From Planctomycetaceae bacterium (GTDB lineage: Bacteria; Planctomycetota; PLA2): a stretch of 64,000 bases of DNA. Position numbers and translations under genes: made by a program. Below, piece after piece: positions 17,791 through 27,507 of the stretch. Numbering within the stretch: position 1 is the stretch's first letter; every line of letters starts with the position of its first letter. The notes below the pieces were generated by a model that ran no database searches, had not been told where the DNA came from, and saw only the letters and a list, made by a program, of their open reading frames with translations. The DNA lies in NCBI GenBank assembly GCA_011525755.1, contig WYBS01000033.1, positions 3,691-67,690 of the forward strand, given 5' to 3'.

Positions 17791-18969
17791 TTGATCTTCT
17801 CGGGTGAAATCTGCGTCTACTGCGGCCGTCCGATCACCCTGGACGACGCCAACCCGCAGGTGGCGCGGTGCCGCAAATGCTCCGCGCCGCACCACACGCA
17901 GTGCTGGTTCGCGAGCAACGAGAAGTGCACGGTCGCGGGATGCGACGGCAAGGCGAGCGACATCGGCCCGCCGAAACTCAAGGAGCCGGTCGGCGAGATC
18001 TGCCCCTTCCTCCCCCCGGAGACCCCCCGCAAGGAAGGCGTCGACGCGGTCCCCGCGAAGTGCCTCCGCAGCCGCTGCATGCTCTACGACGGGATCGAGA
18101 AGCGCTGCGCGGTCGGCGAGATCGCCTACGTCCTCGCGACCGTCCGCCAGTCCGGCCGCGAGACGCGCCACCTCCTCAACCAGGCCGTCGGCAGCTCGAG
18201 CAAGCAGACGGTCCAGCTCCTCACGGGCCTCTCCCAGAGCTTCCGGAACTCGGAGGGGAGCCTGAAGGCGCTCCTTCCCCCGCAGGAGCGGAACACGAAG
18301 ACGCTCGAGGCCTCGGTCCTCGTGCTCGGCGAGATCAAGGCGGCGATCGAGGCGCTCTCCGGCGACCAGCAGGCGGCGGCCGAGGGTTTCGACCGGCTCG
18401 CGCGCGCGGTCGAGGCCTCGGGCACGGGGGAGCAGGTGCGCGGCCGCCGCGAGGCGCGCCTCGCCGCGCGCGCGGCACTTCGTGACGGCCGCCCGGGCGC
18501 CGCCGTGAGCCTGCTGCTCCAGGCGCAGAAGCGCGCCCCCGACGACGCGGTCGCGAACGACCTCGCCACGGCCTACGTCGCGGCGGGGCGCCTGAAGGAG
18601 GCGATCGAGCTGCTCGAGAAGGTGCTCGCCGAGAGCCCCGATTACACGCCCTGCCGGATCACGCTCGCGTCGCTGAAGCTCAGGGGGGGAGAGCCGCAGG
18701 CCGCGGAGGAGCTCCTCCGCGACGCCCCCCAGCCCCCCGACTCCATGCTCCGGGCGGAGCTCGCATACGCGAAGGCGTGCGCGGCCTACGCGGTCGGCCG
18801 CTCCGAGGACGCCGTCGATCTCCTGAACAAGGCGCTCGATGAGGACCCGTGGCACACGGCCGCCGCCGCCGCGCTCCTCGACCTGCGGGCGCGCCGCACC
18901 GGCACGCCGGTCCCCGAGGCCGCGACGCTCGCGCTCGAGGCCGCGGGCGTGGAGGCGCGGCATGGCTAG
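17791..18969 (+). CDS. Zinc-ribbon + TPR-repeat protein
   Basis: TTG start at 17791 with GGAGGAG 10 nt upstream. CVYCGRP...CRKCSAPHHTQCW Cys cluster. C-terminal TPR-like helices. Confidence 0.7.
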   Translation: MIFSGEICVYCGRPITLDDANPQVARCRKCSAPHHTQCWFASNEKCTVAGCDGKASDIGPPKLKEPVGEICPFLPPETPRKEGVDAVPAKCLRSRCMLYDGIEKRCAVGEIAYVLATVRQSGRETRHLLNQAVGSSSKQTVQLLTGLSQSFRNSEGSLKALLPPQERNTKTLEASVLVLGEIKAAIEALSGDQQAAAEGFDRLARAVEASGTGEQVRGRREARLAARAALRDGRPGAAVSLLLQAQKRAPDDAVANDLATAYVAAGRLKEAIELLEKVLAESPDYTPCRITLASLKLRGGEPQAAEELLRDAPQPPDSMLRAELAYAKACAAYAVGRSEDAVDLLNKALDEDPWHTAAAAALLDLRARRTGTPVPEAATLALEAAGVEARHG

Positions 18970-21900
18970 GACGCTCACGCAGTGGACGGGCGAGATCCGC
19001 GAGTACGTCCAGAAGGGCAAGCTCAAGGCGGCGCGGAAGACCCTCGAGAAGGCCCAGAAGTCGGGGGTCGCGGGGGGGCTGCTCGAGGAGGCGTCGCTCG
19101 AGTTGCTGCTCGCGGAAGGCGGCGGCGCCGCGGCCGCCGAGAAGCTCCGCACCATCGCGAGGGGCGAGGGCCGGCCCGCCGCCGCCGTGAAGCTCTCCGA
19201 GGTGCACCTGAAAGCGACGCCGGACGACCACGCGGTCCGCGACGCGCTGTGGGAGATCTGCCTCGGCATGGACGCCCCGGCCGCCGCCGTGCCGCACCTC
19301 GCCGAGCTGGTCGCGGCGGGCGCGATCGACGGCGCCGCGCGCGCGAAGGACATGCTCGCGCGGAAGGATGTCGCGGGCGCCACGGGCCTCTTCCTTCTCG
19401 CGACGCTCGGCGTCGTGAAGACGGACCGGATGAAGCTCGTGGATCGCCTGCTCGCCTCCCCGCAGGGCGCGCCGCTCCTCGCCGGCACGACGCAGGCGCT
19501 CCTCGATGCCGGCAAGGCGGACGGTCCCGTCCACTACGCGCTCGCGCAGATCGCGCAGAAGGAGGGGGACCGCGAGCGCTTCCTCGAGTTCGCGGGGAAG
19601 GCGTTCGGCGAGAACCCCGAGGAGGTGTGGACGTGGACGTCGGAGGGCGTCGCCGCGCGCGACCGACTCGAGATCGCGCTCCACAACGACTCGCTGCGGC
19701 ACCTCCTGCAGGCGGCGAAGGCGGCCCAGCCCGACGAGATCGTCGAGGTCGCGAAGCGCAGCGGGAGCGAGGGAACCTCGGCGAAGGTGCTGCGCGGCCT
19801 CGCGCTGCTGCTCACGGACAAGGCGCCCAACGCGTGCCGGATCCTCGAGGGCGTGGTCCAGGAGCAGTCCGCCGCGGCCACGCCCGTCGCGACGCTGCTC
19901 GCCGAGAAGACGCCCTCGTGGCGGGGCGCCGCCGAGGTCCGGGCCGCGGTCGTCGCGACCGCGCTCCGCGAGAGCGTCGCGGACGTCGCGGGCGCGATCG
20001 ACGGCCTCCTCGCCGTGCCCCTCGCGCAGCGCGCCGAGGCGTGGGGCCGCGCCGCGCCCCGCCTCCTCGACCGCGCGCCCGACCGCGACGACCTGCGGCG
20101 CGAGCTCGGCTTCTACCTGCTGAAGCAGGGCGACATCGACGCCGCGGCGGCGCTGCTCGATGCGGCGTCTCACCTCGACGCCGCGCGGGCATGGGCCGAG
20201 GCGGGGCTTGCGAAGGGGCCGGTGCTCCTCGCGGCCGCCCGGCTCGCGGAGTCGGAGGGCGCGCTCGCGGAGCACGCGGAGTGGCTGCTCCGAGCGAGCC
20301 GGGAGGATCCGTCGCTCCTCTCCGAGATCGGCAAGATCGTCTCCGCGGGCACCGTGACGCCCGAGACCGCGCTCGACGGCGCCGGCGCGCTCCTCAGGGA
20401 GGGCCAGAAGGAGGATGCCGCGGGACTCCTCGCGCGGCTCCCGCTCGACCCGGCGACGGGCCGGCGCGTCGACGACTTCCTCGCCGCCGAGCGGCTCCAC
20501 GACGACCGCGCGTTCCTCCCGGTGGCCTTCCGCTGCGCGCTCGCGCTCGGCGACGCGCCGCGCGCGCGCCGGCTCTTCCGGACCGTGTCGACGAACATGC
20601 AGCTTCTCGCGCGCGAGGCGAGCCGGCACGCCGACGCGGGGCGGGTGCTCGCCGACGTGCTCATCGCCCACGAGAAGGGCGAGGTGGCCGCGACGATCCT
20701 CGAGGCGCGGCGCGAGGCGGGCGACGAGGCGCGCGTCCTGCTGCCCCTCGCGGACGCGCTGCTCAAGGCGTCGCCGCGGCTTGCGATGGGGCGGCTCCTG
20801 CGCGGCCGCCTGCTCATGGCGCTCGGGCGGCACGCCGACGCCGTGCGCGACCTGCGCGCGATCCCCCCGAACGCGGCCGAGGTGGACGAGGCGTTCCGCC
20901 TGCTCGGCGATGCGACGAAGACCGATTCCGCGGCCGACGCGGCTCTCGGCCGCGCGGACATGCACTTCGCGCGTAAGGAGTACAAGAAGGCGGTCCAGGA
21001 GCTGATGGGCTCCGGGGCGCCGGCGCAGGAGCGCCTCGACCGGTTCACGGCGATCTGCCGGGAGAAGGGCGACCTCGAGGCGGCGCACAAGGGGCGAGCG
21101 ATCGCGCTGCTCGACCTCGGCCGCGTGCCGGACGCCGCCGACGCGCACCTGAAGCGGTTCAGCTGTCCCGACGCCGACCGCGCGCAGGTGGCGGCGGACC
21201 TCGAGGACGTCGCGGCGGCGGGGCTCAAGACGGGGGATCTCGCGACATCCGCGTCCGTCCTCGGCCAGCTCCCGGACCAGGTGAGCGACGGCGCCGAGCG
21301 CTCGATCCGCGTCATCGGCGCCGACCGGCGACCGCAGATGCTCGTCCTCCGCTCCCAGCTCCTCCTCCAGCTCCAGCGGACGAGCGAGGCGGTCTCGACG
21401 CTCGTCGACCTCGTCAAGACCGACGCGAACGCGCGCCCGCAGGCGGCGCAGGCGCTCGAGGCGATCGTGGACTCGGGGCAGGCGCGCCCCGAGGCGGACC
21501 TCGCGCTCGCGCAGGCGTTCGACGCGATGGACAGGACGCCCGACGCCCTGCGCGCGCTGAAGCGGCTCTACGAGGACGACATCACCGGCCGCGAGACGGT
21601 CGTCCAGGCGGCCGAGCGGCTCGTCGTCAAGGGCGACGACCCGCAGGTGCGCCTCTTCCTCGCGGGCGTCTGCCTCGACATGCGGAACCCCCTCGGGGCG
21701 ACGCAGCACGCGATCTATGCGCGGCGGCTCCAGCCCGCGTCGCGGCGCGACTGCGTGGAGCTGCTGCGCCGCGCGCTCGACCTCGACGCGTTCGCGCCCG
21801 ACACGCACTTCGCGCTGGCGGAGGCGCACCTCGCGGGGGACGAGGCGGACGACGCCGTCCGCCACTTCCGCGCCGCCGTCGAGGTGGACCGCGAGCGCGC

Positions 21901-22678
21901 GCGCCCCGCGATCGCGGCGATGGAGGAGGCGGCGCCGCGCTCGAAGCACCCGGCGCTCCTCTGGCTCGCCGTCGGCACGACCCACGCGGAGTTCCTGAAG
22001 GACCACGCGCACGCGGTCGAGGCCTTCACGAAGGGGCTCGCGGCGAACCCGACCATGGAGCTGAAGGTGCCGCTGCTCCTCGGCCGCGGCGACTCCTACG
22101 CGGCCCTGCGCGAGGACGACAAGGCATTCGACGACTTCGACGAGGCGTCCCGCCACGACCTGCTCGAGCGGCGCTACTACGAGTTCCTCCGCTCGCGTCA
22201 CCGGAAGCGGGTGCTCGAGACGGCGCACACCGCGGCGTCGAAGGCGACGAAGGAGTTCCCGCATGCGGTCGAGGCGGTCAGCCGCTACCTGTCGCTCGGG
22301 CAGGCGCAGGAGGCGGTCGATGTCGCGCAGGCGGCGCTCGCGGAGATGCCGAACGACCTCGGCGCCCGCTACCTCGTCGGCGTCGCGCTCCACGCAGCGG
22401 GCCGCTACGACGCCGCCGCGCAGGTGCTCGAGAAGGTCCGCGCCGCCTCGGGTCCCGAGACGGCGGTGGGCCGGGCCGCCCGGATGCTCCTTGCCGCCTC
22501 CCACCTCGACAGCGGGGACCGGGCGAGGGCCCGCGCCTGCCTGACCGAGATCGAGGCCGTGGACGCCGCCTACCCCGGTCTCGCCGCCCGGCGAGCGGCT
22601 TTGGCACCCCCTGCCGACGATCCTCATGCCCCTCCGCCGCTCTACCTGAGGCCCGAGTTCCCGCGTCCGACCGGGTAG
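18962..22678 (+). CDS. Large (1238 aa) all-alpha TPR-like repeat protein
   Basis: ATG at 18962 overlaps the upstream stop by 8 nt. Ala/Leu/Arg-rich helical repeats run throughout. The 1371-aa minus ORF covering the same span is antisense junk. Confidence 0.7.
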   Translation: MARTLTQWTGEIREYVQKGKLKAARKTLEKAQKSGVAGGLLEEASLELLLAEGGGAAAAEKLRTIARGEGRPAAAVKLSEVHLKATPDDHAVRDALWEICLGMDAPAAAVPHLAELVAAGAIDGAARAKDMLARKDVAGATGLFLLATLGVVKTDRMKLVDRLLASPQGAPLLAGTTQALLDAGKADGPVHYALAQIAQKEGDRERFLEFAGKAFGENPEEVWTWTSEGVAARDRLEIALHNDSLRHLLQAAKAAQPDEIVEVAKRSGSEGTSAKVLRGLALLLTDKAPNACRILEGVVQEQSAAATPVATLLAEKTPSWRGAAEVRAAVVATALRESVADVAGAIDGLLAVPLAQRAEAWGRAAPRLLDRAPDRDDLRRELGFYLLKQGDIDAAAALLDAASHLDAARAWAEAGLAKGPVLLAAARLAESEGALAEHAEWLLRASREDPSLLSEIGKIVSAGTVTPETALDGAGALLREGQKEDAAGLLARLPLDPATGRRVDDFLAAERLHDDRAFLPVAFRCALALGDAPRARRLFRTVSTNMQLLAREASRHADAGRVLADVLIAHEKGEVAATILEARREAGDEARVLLPLADALLKASPRLAMGRLLRGRLLMALGRHADAVRDLRAIPPNAAEVDEAFRLLGDATKTDSAADAALGRADMHFARKEYKKAVQELMGSGAPAQERLDRFTAICREKGDLEAAHKGRAIALLDLGRVPDAADAHLKRFSCPDADRAQVAADLEDVAAAGLKTGDLATSASVLGQLPDQVSDGAERSIRVIGADRRPQMLVLRSQLLLQLQRTSEAVSTLVDLVKTDANARPQAAQALEAIVDSGQARPEADLALAQAFDAMDRTPDALRALKRLYEDDITGRETVVQAAERLVVKGDDPQVRLFLAGVCLDMRNPLGATQHAIYARRLQPASRRDCVELLRRALDLDAFAPDTHFALAEAHLAGDEADDAVRHFRAAVEVDRERARPAIAAMEEAAPRSKHPALLWLAVGTTHAEFLKDHAHAVEAFTKGLAANPTMELKVPLLLGRGDSYAALREDDKAFDDFDEASRHDLLERRYYEFLRSRHRKRVLETAHTAASKATKEFPHAVEAVSRYLSLGQAQEAVDVAQAALAEMPNDLGARYLVGVALHAAGRYDAAAQVLEKVRAASGPETAVGRAARMLLAASHLDSGDRARARACLTEIEAVDAAYPGLAARRAALAPPADDPHAPPPLYLRPEFPRPTG

Positions 22679-22743
22679 GGGGGTCAGGGGGCCCGGGGGC
22701 AGGGGGGGCAGGCGCTCCCGGGGGGACCTTGACCGCGCTTGCG

Positions 22744-22790
22744 CCGTGGTATCCTCTTCGGACCCGGCGGATTGGCCGCCGGGATGACAT
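22744..22790 (+). promoter_or_regulatory. Candidate sigma70-type promoter (TTGACC-15-TATCCT) and long 5' leader of the RRM gene
   Basis: cttgaccgcgcttgcgccgtggtatcct lies upstream of the roughly 90-nt leader of the RRM gene. Confidence 0.3.
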
Positions 22791-22875
22791 AGCAAGCCGA
22801 GTTCGTGTGTAGCCCACGTTCGCCTCCGGGCCTATCGTGAGCGCCACCCCGGCCTGGAGAGTGAGTGATAGTGAT

Positions 22876-23229
22876 ATGAAGATCTTTGTGGGCAACCTCA
22901 GCTTCGACACGACCGAGGACACGCTCCGTTCGCTGTTCGCGGACAAGGGCGCGGTCGAAGAGGTTTCGATCGTGACGGACCGGGCGACCGGCCGTCCGCG
23001 CGGTTTCGCGTTCGTCACCATGGCGAACCACAACGAGGCGCGCGCCGCGATCGACACGCTGAACGGCGTCGAGCTCGACGGCCGGAAGCTGAACATTTCC
23101 GAGGCGCGCCCGAAGGCCGACTCGCCCCGTCGCGAGGGCGGCGGCGGTGGTGGCGGCTACGGTGGCGGCGGCGGCCGTGGCGGTCGCGGCGGCCGTGGTG
23201 GTGGCGGCGGCGGCGGCGGCCGCTGGTAG
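22876..23229 (+). CDS. RRM-type RNA-binding protein with Gly-rich C-terminal tail (cold-shock/Rbp-like)
   Basis: MKIFVGNLSF (RNP2), RGFAFVTM (RNP1), and a GGGGGGYGGGGGRGGRGGRG tail. Confidence 0.9.
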   Translation: MKIFVGNLSFDTTEDTLRSLFADKGAVEEVSIVTDRATGRPRGFAFVTMANHNEARAAIDTLNGVELDGRKLNISEARPKADSPRREGGGGGGGYGGGGGRGGRGGRGGGGGGGGRW

Positions 23230-23251
23230 TTCCGACCAGACAAGCCTGATT

Positions 23252-23284
23252 GCGGGGGAGGCACGGCCTCCCCCGCTTCGTTTT
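23252..23284 (+). terminator. Rho-independent terminator after RRM gene
   Basis: gcgggggaggc-acg-gcctcccccgc stem-loop followed by ttcgtttt. Confidence 0.6.
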
Positions 23285-23441
23285 CCGGGCGGCCTGCCGC
23301 GAACGGTTCCCGAAGCGTCCGCGGTTCCCGGGAGCCATCGCCACGACCTCGACGCCGTGCCGGGGGTCCGCCCGGTTTTCGTCCGTCCAAACTTGATCTT
23401 GCCCGCGCTCCCCCGGACACTGCGCCCGAGGGAGGAGCGTC

Positions 23442-25718
23442 ATGGCGAAGGCGTCGGCGAACGGCCACCACTGGAAGTTCTTCCGTGCGGGGGGCGTGGA
23501 CCAGGTCAAGCTCGCGAGCGGCGCGGACATCCTGCACCTGGGCGAGCTCGACCAGAAGCTCTGGGTCGCGCTCTCGTGCCCCACGAAGGGGCTCTTCTAC
23601 GACGAGCGCACGCTCGACCTCCTCGACAGCGACCGCGACGGTCGCGTGCGCGTCCCCGAGATCGTCAACGCGGCGAAGTGGCTCGGCGCCGTCCTCAAGG
23701 ACGCGGACGTCCTGCTCAAGGGCGAGGACGGCGTCGACCTGAGGAACATCCGCGAGGACACGCCGGAGGGCGCGCAGGTGCTCCGCGCCGCGCGCCACAT
23801 CCTCAAGAGCTTCGGGAAGGAGGGCGCGGCGAAGATCACGGTCGCCGACTCGACGCAGACGGCGGAGCTCTTCGCGAAGGCGAAGCTCAACGGCGACGGC
23901 ATCGTCGCGCCGGACACGGTCGACGACGAGGCGGCGAGACAGGTCGCGACGGAGATCGTGGACTGCCTCGGCGGCGCCATGGACCGCAGCGGGAAGCCCG
24001 GGTTCGACAAGGATCGCATCGAGCGCTTCTTCGACGAGTGCCGCGCGTTCACCGCGTGGTGGACCAAGGGCGAGGAGGACCGCGCGGTGACGTGGCCTCT
24101 CAAGGAGAAGACGGCGGACGGCGCGGCCGCGCTCGAGGCCGTGCGGAGGAAGATCGACGACTACTTCGCGCGCTGCCTGCTCGCGGAGTTCGACGCGCGC
24201 GCGCTCGCGGCGGTGAACCGGACGGAGACTGCCTACCTCGACGCCGCCGCGAAGGACATGTCGATCGACGCGCACGAGATCGACTTCTTCCCGATCGCGC
24301 TCGCGGAGCCGAAGAAGCCGCTCTCGCTCGTCCAGGGGATCAACCCCGCGTGGCGCGACGCGATCGACCGCTTCCGCACGCTCGTCGTGGCCCCGCTCCT
24401 CGGCAAGGACAAGACGTCGCTCGCGCGCGAGGAGTGGCTCGATCTCAGCGGGAAGTTCGCCGCCTACCGCGACTGGGCGGCGGGGAAGGCCGGCGCCGCC
24501 GTCGAGAAGCTCGGCATCAAGCGCGTGCGCGAGATCGTCGCCGGCCCGACGAAGCCCCTGCTCGAGAAGGCGGTCGCGGCCGACCTCGCCGTCGCGCCGG
24601 ACGTCGAGGCGATCTCCCATGTGGAGAAGCTCACGCGGCTCAACCGCGACTTCTACAAGCTGCTCATCAACTTCGTCTCCTTCGCCGACTTCTACGGCCG
24701 CCGGAAGGCGATCTTCCAGGCGGGCGTCCTCTACGTCGACGGGCGGAGCTGCGACCTCTGCATCCGCGTGACCGACCCCGCGAAGCACGGCGTGCTCGCC
24801 GTGATGTCGCAGAGCTACCTCGCCTACGTCGACTGCAAGCGGCCGTCGGGCGAGGCGATGACGATCGCCGCCGCGATGACGGCCGGCGACTCGGACAACC
24901 TCTTCGTCGGCCGGAACGGCCTCTTCTACGACCGGCAGGGGCGCGACTGGGACGCGACCGTGAGCAAGATCGTGAACAACCCGATCAGCATCGGCCAGGC
25001 CTTCTGGGCGCCGTACAAGAAGGTGCTGCGCTGGATCGAGGAGCAGGTCGCGAAGCGCGCGGCGGCGGCGGACGAGGCATCGACGGCCCGGCTCCAGACC
25101 GCCGCCACCACGGCGACGACCGCGCCGCCTGCCGCGGCGCCCGCGGCCCCCGGAGCCCCCCCGAAGAAGCTCGACATCGGCATCGTGGCGGCGATCGGCG
25201 TCGCGGTCAGCGGGTTCGTGGCGGCGTTCGGCGTGATGATGGAGGCCTTCTTCGGCCTCGGCATCTACATGCCGCTCGGCGTGCTCGGCATCATCCTCCT
25301 GATCTCGGGCCCGTCGATGCTGATCGCGTACCTGAAGCTGCGGCGGAGAAACCTCGGCCCGATCCTCGACGCGAACGGCTGGGCGGTGAACACGCTCACG
25401 AAGGTGAACCTGCCGCTCGGTCGGTCGCTGACCGCGGTCGCGCACCTGCCGCCGGGCGCCGAGCGCTCGCTCCAGGACCCGTTCGCGGAGAAGCGGAGCC
25501 CGTGGCCGCGGATCATCTTCACGCTGATCCTCCTCGGCGGGATCGCGTTCTGCCTCTGGAAGAGCGGCTACGCGACGCGCTGGTGGGGGAAGATCCCGGC
25601 GCCGCAGAAGACGTGGTTCAAGCAGCCCTACCAGGGGGAGCCCGCGCCGCCGGCCGCGCCGGAGAAGCCCGCGGAGGGGAAGCCTGCCGAGGAGAAGCCC
25701 GCGGAGGAAGGAAAGTAG
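23442..25718 (+). CDS. EF-hand-containing membrane protein, uncharacterised family (758 aa)
   Basis: Canonical EF-hand loop DSDRDGRVRVPE in the N-terminal soluble region. 3-4 C-terminal TM helices (IVAAIGVAVSGFVAAFGVMM, LGVLGIILLISGPSMLIAYL, IIFTLILLGGIAFCLW). Pro/Ala/Glu/Lys-rich tail. Confidence 0.7.
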   Translation: MAKASANGHHWKFFRAGGVDQVKLASGADILHLGELDQKLWVALSCPTKGLFYDERTLDLLDSDRDGRVRVPEIVNAAKWLGAVLKDADVLLKGEDGVDLRNIREDTPEGAQVLRAARHILKSFGKEGAAKITVADSTQTAELFAKAKLNGDGIVAPDTVDDEAARQVATEIVDCLGGAMDRSGKPGFDKDRIERFFDECRAFTAWWTKGEEDRAVTWPLKEKTADGAAALEAVRRKIDDYFARCLLAEFDARALAAVNRTETAYLDAAAKDMSIDAHEIDFFPIALAEPKKPLSLVQGINPAWRDAIDRFRTLVVAPLLGKDKTSLAREEWLDLSGKFAAYRDWAAGKAGAAVEKLGIKRVREIVAGPTKPLLEKAVAADLAVAPDVEAISHVEKLTRLNRDFYKLLINFVSFADFYGRRKAIFQAGVLYVDGRSCDLCIRVTDPAKHGVLAVMSQSYLAYVDCKRPSGEAMTIAAAMTAGDSDNLFVGRNGLFYDRQGRDWDATVSKIVNNPISIGQAFWAPYKKVLRWIEEQVAKRAAAADEASTARLQTAATTATTAPPAAAPAAPGAPPKKLDIGIVAAIGVAVSGFVAAFGVMMEAFFGLGIYMPLGVLGIILLISGPSMLIAYLKLRRRNLGPILDANGWAVNTLTKVNLPLGRSLTAVAHLPPGAERSLQDPFAEKRSPWPRIIFTLILLGGIAFCLWKSGYATRWWGKIPAPQKTWFKQPYQGEPAPPAAPEKPAEGKPAEEKPAEEGK

Positions 25719-25751
25719 GGGGGCCGGGGGGCGCCGTTTACTTTGGTCGGG

Positions 25752-26822
25752 ATGCGCTTCCTGCCCCTGCTCCTTCTCCTCGCCGCCGCGTGCGAGGAGC
25801 CGAAGTCCCCCGCCGTCGCGCACGAGCCGTTCCCCGGCGAGCGGCACCTGAAGAACCTCCGCCAACTCACGTTCGGAGGCCAGAACGCGGAGGCGTACTG
25901 GTCGTTCGCCGAGGACCGGCTGATCTTCCAGTCGACGCGGCCGCCCTTCACCGCGGACCAGATCTTCACGATGAAGGCGGACGGCAGCGACGTGAAGCTC
26001 GTATCGACGGGCAAGGGGCGGACGACGTGCGCGTACTTCCTGCCCGGCGACGAGCGGATCCTCTATGCGTCCACGCACGGCGGGGGCGACGCGCCGCCGC
26101 CGCCGCCGGACCACTCGAAGGGCTACGTCTGGGCGATCTACTCGACCTATGACATCTACACGGCGGACGCGGACGGGTCGAAACCCGCGCGGCTCACGGA
26201 CTCGCCGGGCTACGACGCCGAGGCGACGATCTCGCCGAAGGGCGACCGGATCGTGTTCACGTCGGTGCGAGACGGCGACATCGAGCTCTACTCGATGAAG
26301 CTCGACGGGAGCGACGTGAAGCGGCTCACGGAGCGACCCGGCTACGACGGGGGCGCGTTCTTCTCGTGGGACGGGACGAGGATCGTCTGGCGCGCGCCGG
26401 GCGAGGGCGACGACATCGGGGACGAGTACGGTCTTCTCCTCAAGGAGGGGCTCGTGAAGCCGACGCGGCTCGAGATCTGGGTGATGGACGCGGACGGCTC
26501 GAACAAGAAGCAGGTGACGCGGAACGGCGCCGCGAACTTCGCGCCGTTCTGGCACCCGGACGGGAAGCGCGTGATCTTCGCGTCGAACCACCACGACAAG
26601 AAGGGCGCGAACTTCGACCTCTTCCTCGCGGACGTGGAGAGCGGCGAGCTCGAGCGCGTGACGTTCTTCGAGCGGACGCGCGAGGGGGCGCGGCGGTCGG
26701 ACGACTTCGACGGCTTCCCGATGTTCACACGCGACGGCAAGCGGCTCGTCTTCTGCTCGAACCGCTGGAACGACAAGCCCAACGAGACGAACGTCTTCGT
26801 CGCCGACTGGACGGACCCGTAG
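25752..26822 (+). CDS. TolB-like / PD40 beta-propeller lipoprotein
   Basis: MRFLPLLLLLAAACEEP (lipobox). Repeated ...DGS...RLT...G.D..P..SPDG motifs. Confidence 0.75.
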   Translation: MRFLPLLLLLAAACEEPKSPAVAHEPFPGERHLKNLRQLTFGGQNAEAYWSFAEDRLIFQSTRPPFTADQIFTMKADGSDVKLVSTGKGRTTCAYFLPGDERILYASTHGGGDAPPPPPDHSKGYVWAIYSTYDIYTADADGSKPARLTDSPGYDAEATISPKGDRIVFTSVRDGDIELYSMKLDGSDVKRLTERPGYDGGAFFSWDGTRIVWRAPGEGDDIGDEYGLLLKEGLVKPTRLEIWVMDADGSNKKQVTRNGAANFAPFWHPDGKRVIFASNHHDKKGANFDLFLADVESGELERVTFFERTREGARRSDDFDGFPMFTRDGKRLVFCSNRWNDKPNETNVFVADWTDP

Positions 26823-26982
26823 TGTTGTCCATCACGGACGGTTCGCTTGTAAGTGCCTATAAGACCGTGAGTTGCGGTCGAGGGGTGCGGCATGAGTGCC
26901 GCAGGCGGCTGGGGGAGGTCGTAGGTCCTACGAGCGTGGAGCGGCGCACGACACTCGTTCCCTCGTCGCGGACCGGGGGGTG

Positions 26983-27507
26983 ATGGGGCTTGCCGTCGAG
27001 CTCCGCTTCGACGCCGGGGCGGAGCGGGCCGTGCGCGGCGTGTGGGAGGCGGTGCGCGCGGCGACCGGCAGCGGGCTCCTGTTCGACATCGAGACGAGGC
27101 CGCACGTCTCGCTGGCTGCGGATCCGGAGGGGGTTCGGGGGCCGCTGGACGGCGCGCTCGCGCGGTTCCGCGCGGCGCCGATCCCGTTCGCGCTCGCGAG
27201 CGCGGGGACGTTCCCCGGTGACGAGGGCGTCGTCTTCCTCGCTCCGGTGGTGGACGAGCCGCTGCTCCGAATGCACCGGGCGTGGCACTCCCTCGCGCCC
27301 GGCGGGCTCGCGCACTACGCGCCGGGCGCCTGGGTGCCGCACTGCACGGTCGGACTCCGGCTGCCGGACGTCGCGCCCGCGCTCGCCGCCGCGCGCGCCC
27401 TCCTGCCGATCCGCGGCCGCTACGAGTCGATCGCGCTCGTGGAGTTCGACCGGGACCTCTCCGCGCCGGTCCGCTGCCTCGTCGAGCGGCCGCTCGTCAC
27501 GGCGTGA
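26983..27507 (+). CDS. 2H phosphoesterase superfamily protein (LigT / 2'-5' RNA ligase-like)
   Basis: Two H-x-T/S motifs (RPHVSLA and VPHCTVG). About 174 aa. Confidence 0.65.
   Translation: MGLAVELRFDAGAERAVRGVWEAVRAATGSGLLFDIETRPHVSLAADPEGVRGPLDGALARFRAAPIPFALASAGTFPGDEGVVFLAPVVDEPLLRMHRAWHSLAPGGLAHYAPGAWVPHCTVGLRLPDVAPALAAARALLPIRGRYESIALVEFDRDLSAPVRCLVERPLVTA

Noticed and set aside
18680-22795. 1371-aa minus-strand ORF
   Set aside because: Antisense of the 1238-aa TPR gene. Arg/Gly/Glu-rich low-complexity translation with no motifs.
23157-26594. 1145-aa minus-strand ORF and the 23147..26152 + ORF
   Set aside because: Overlap the EF-hand membrane protein and TolB-like genes in wrong frames. 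Composition is typical of GC-rich out-of-frame translation.
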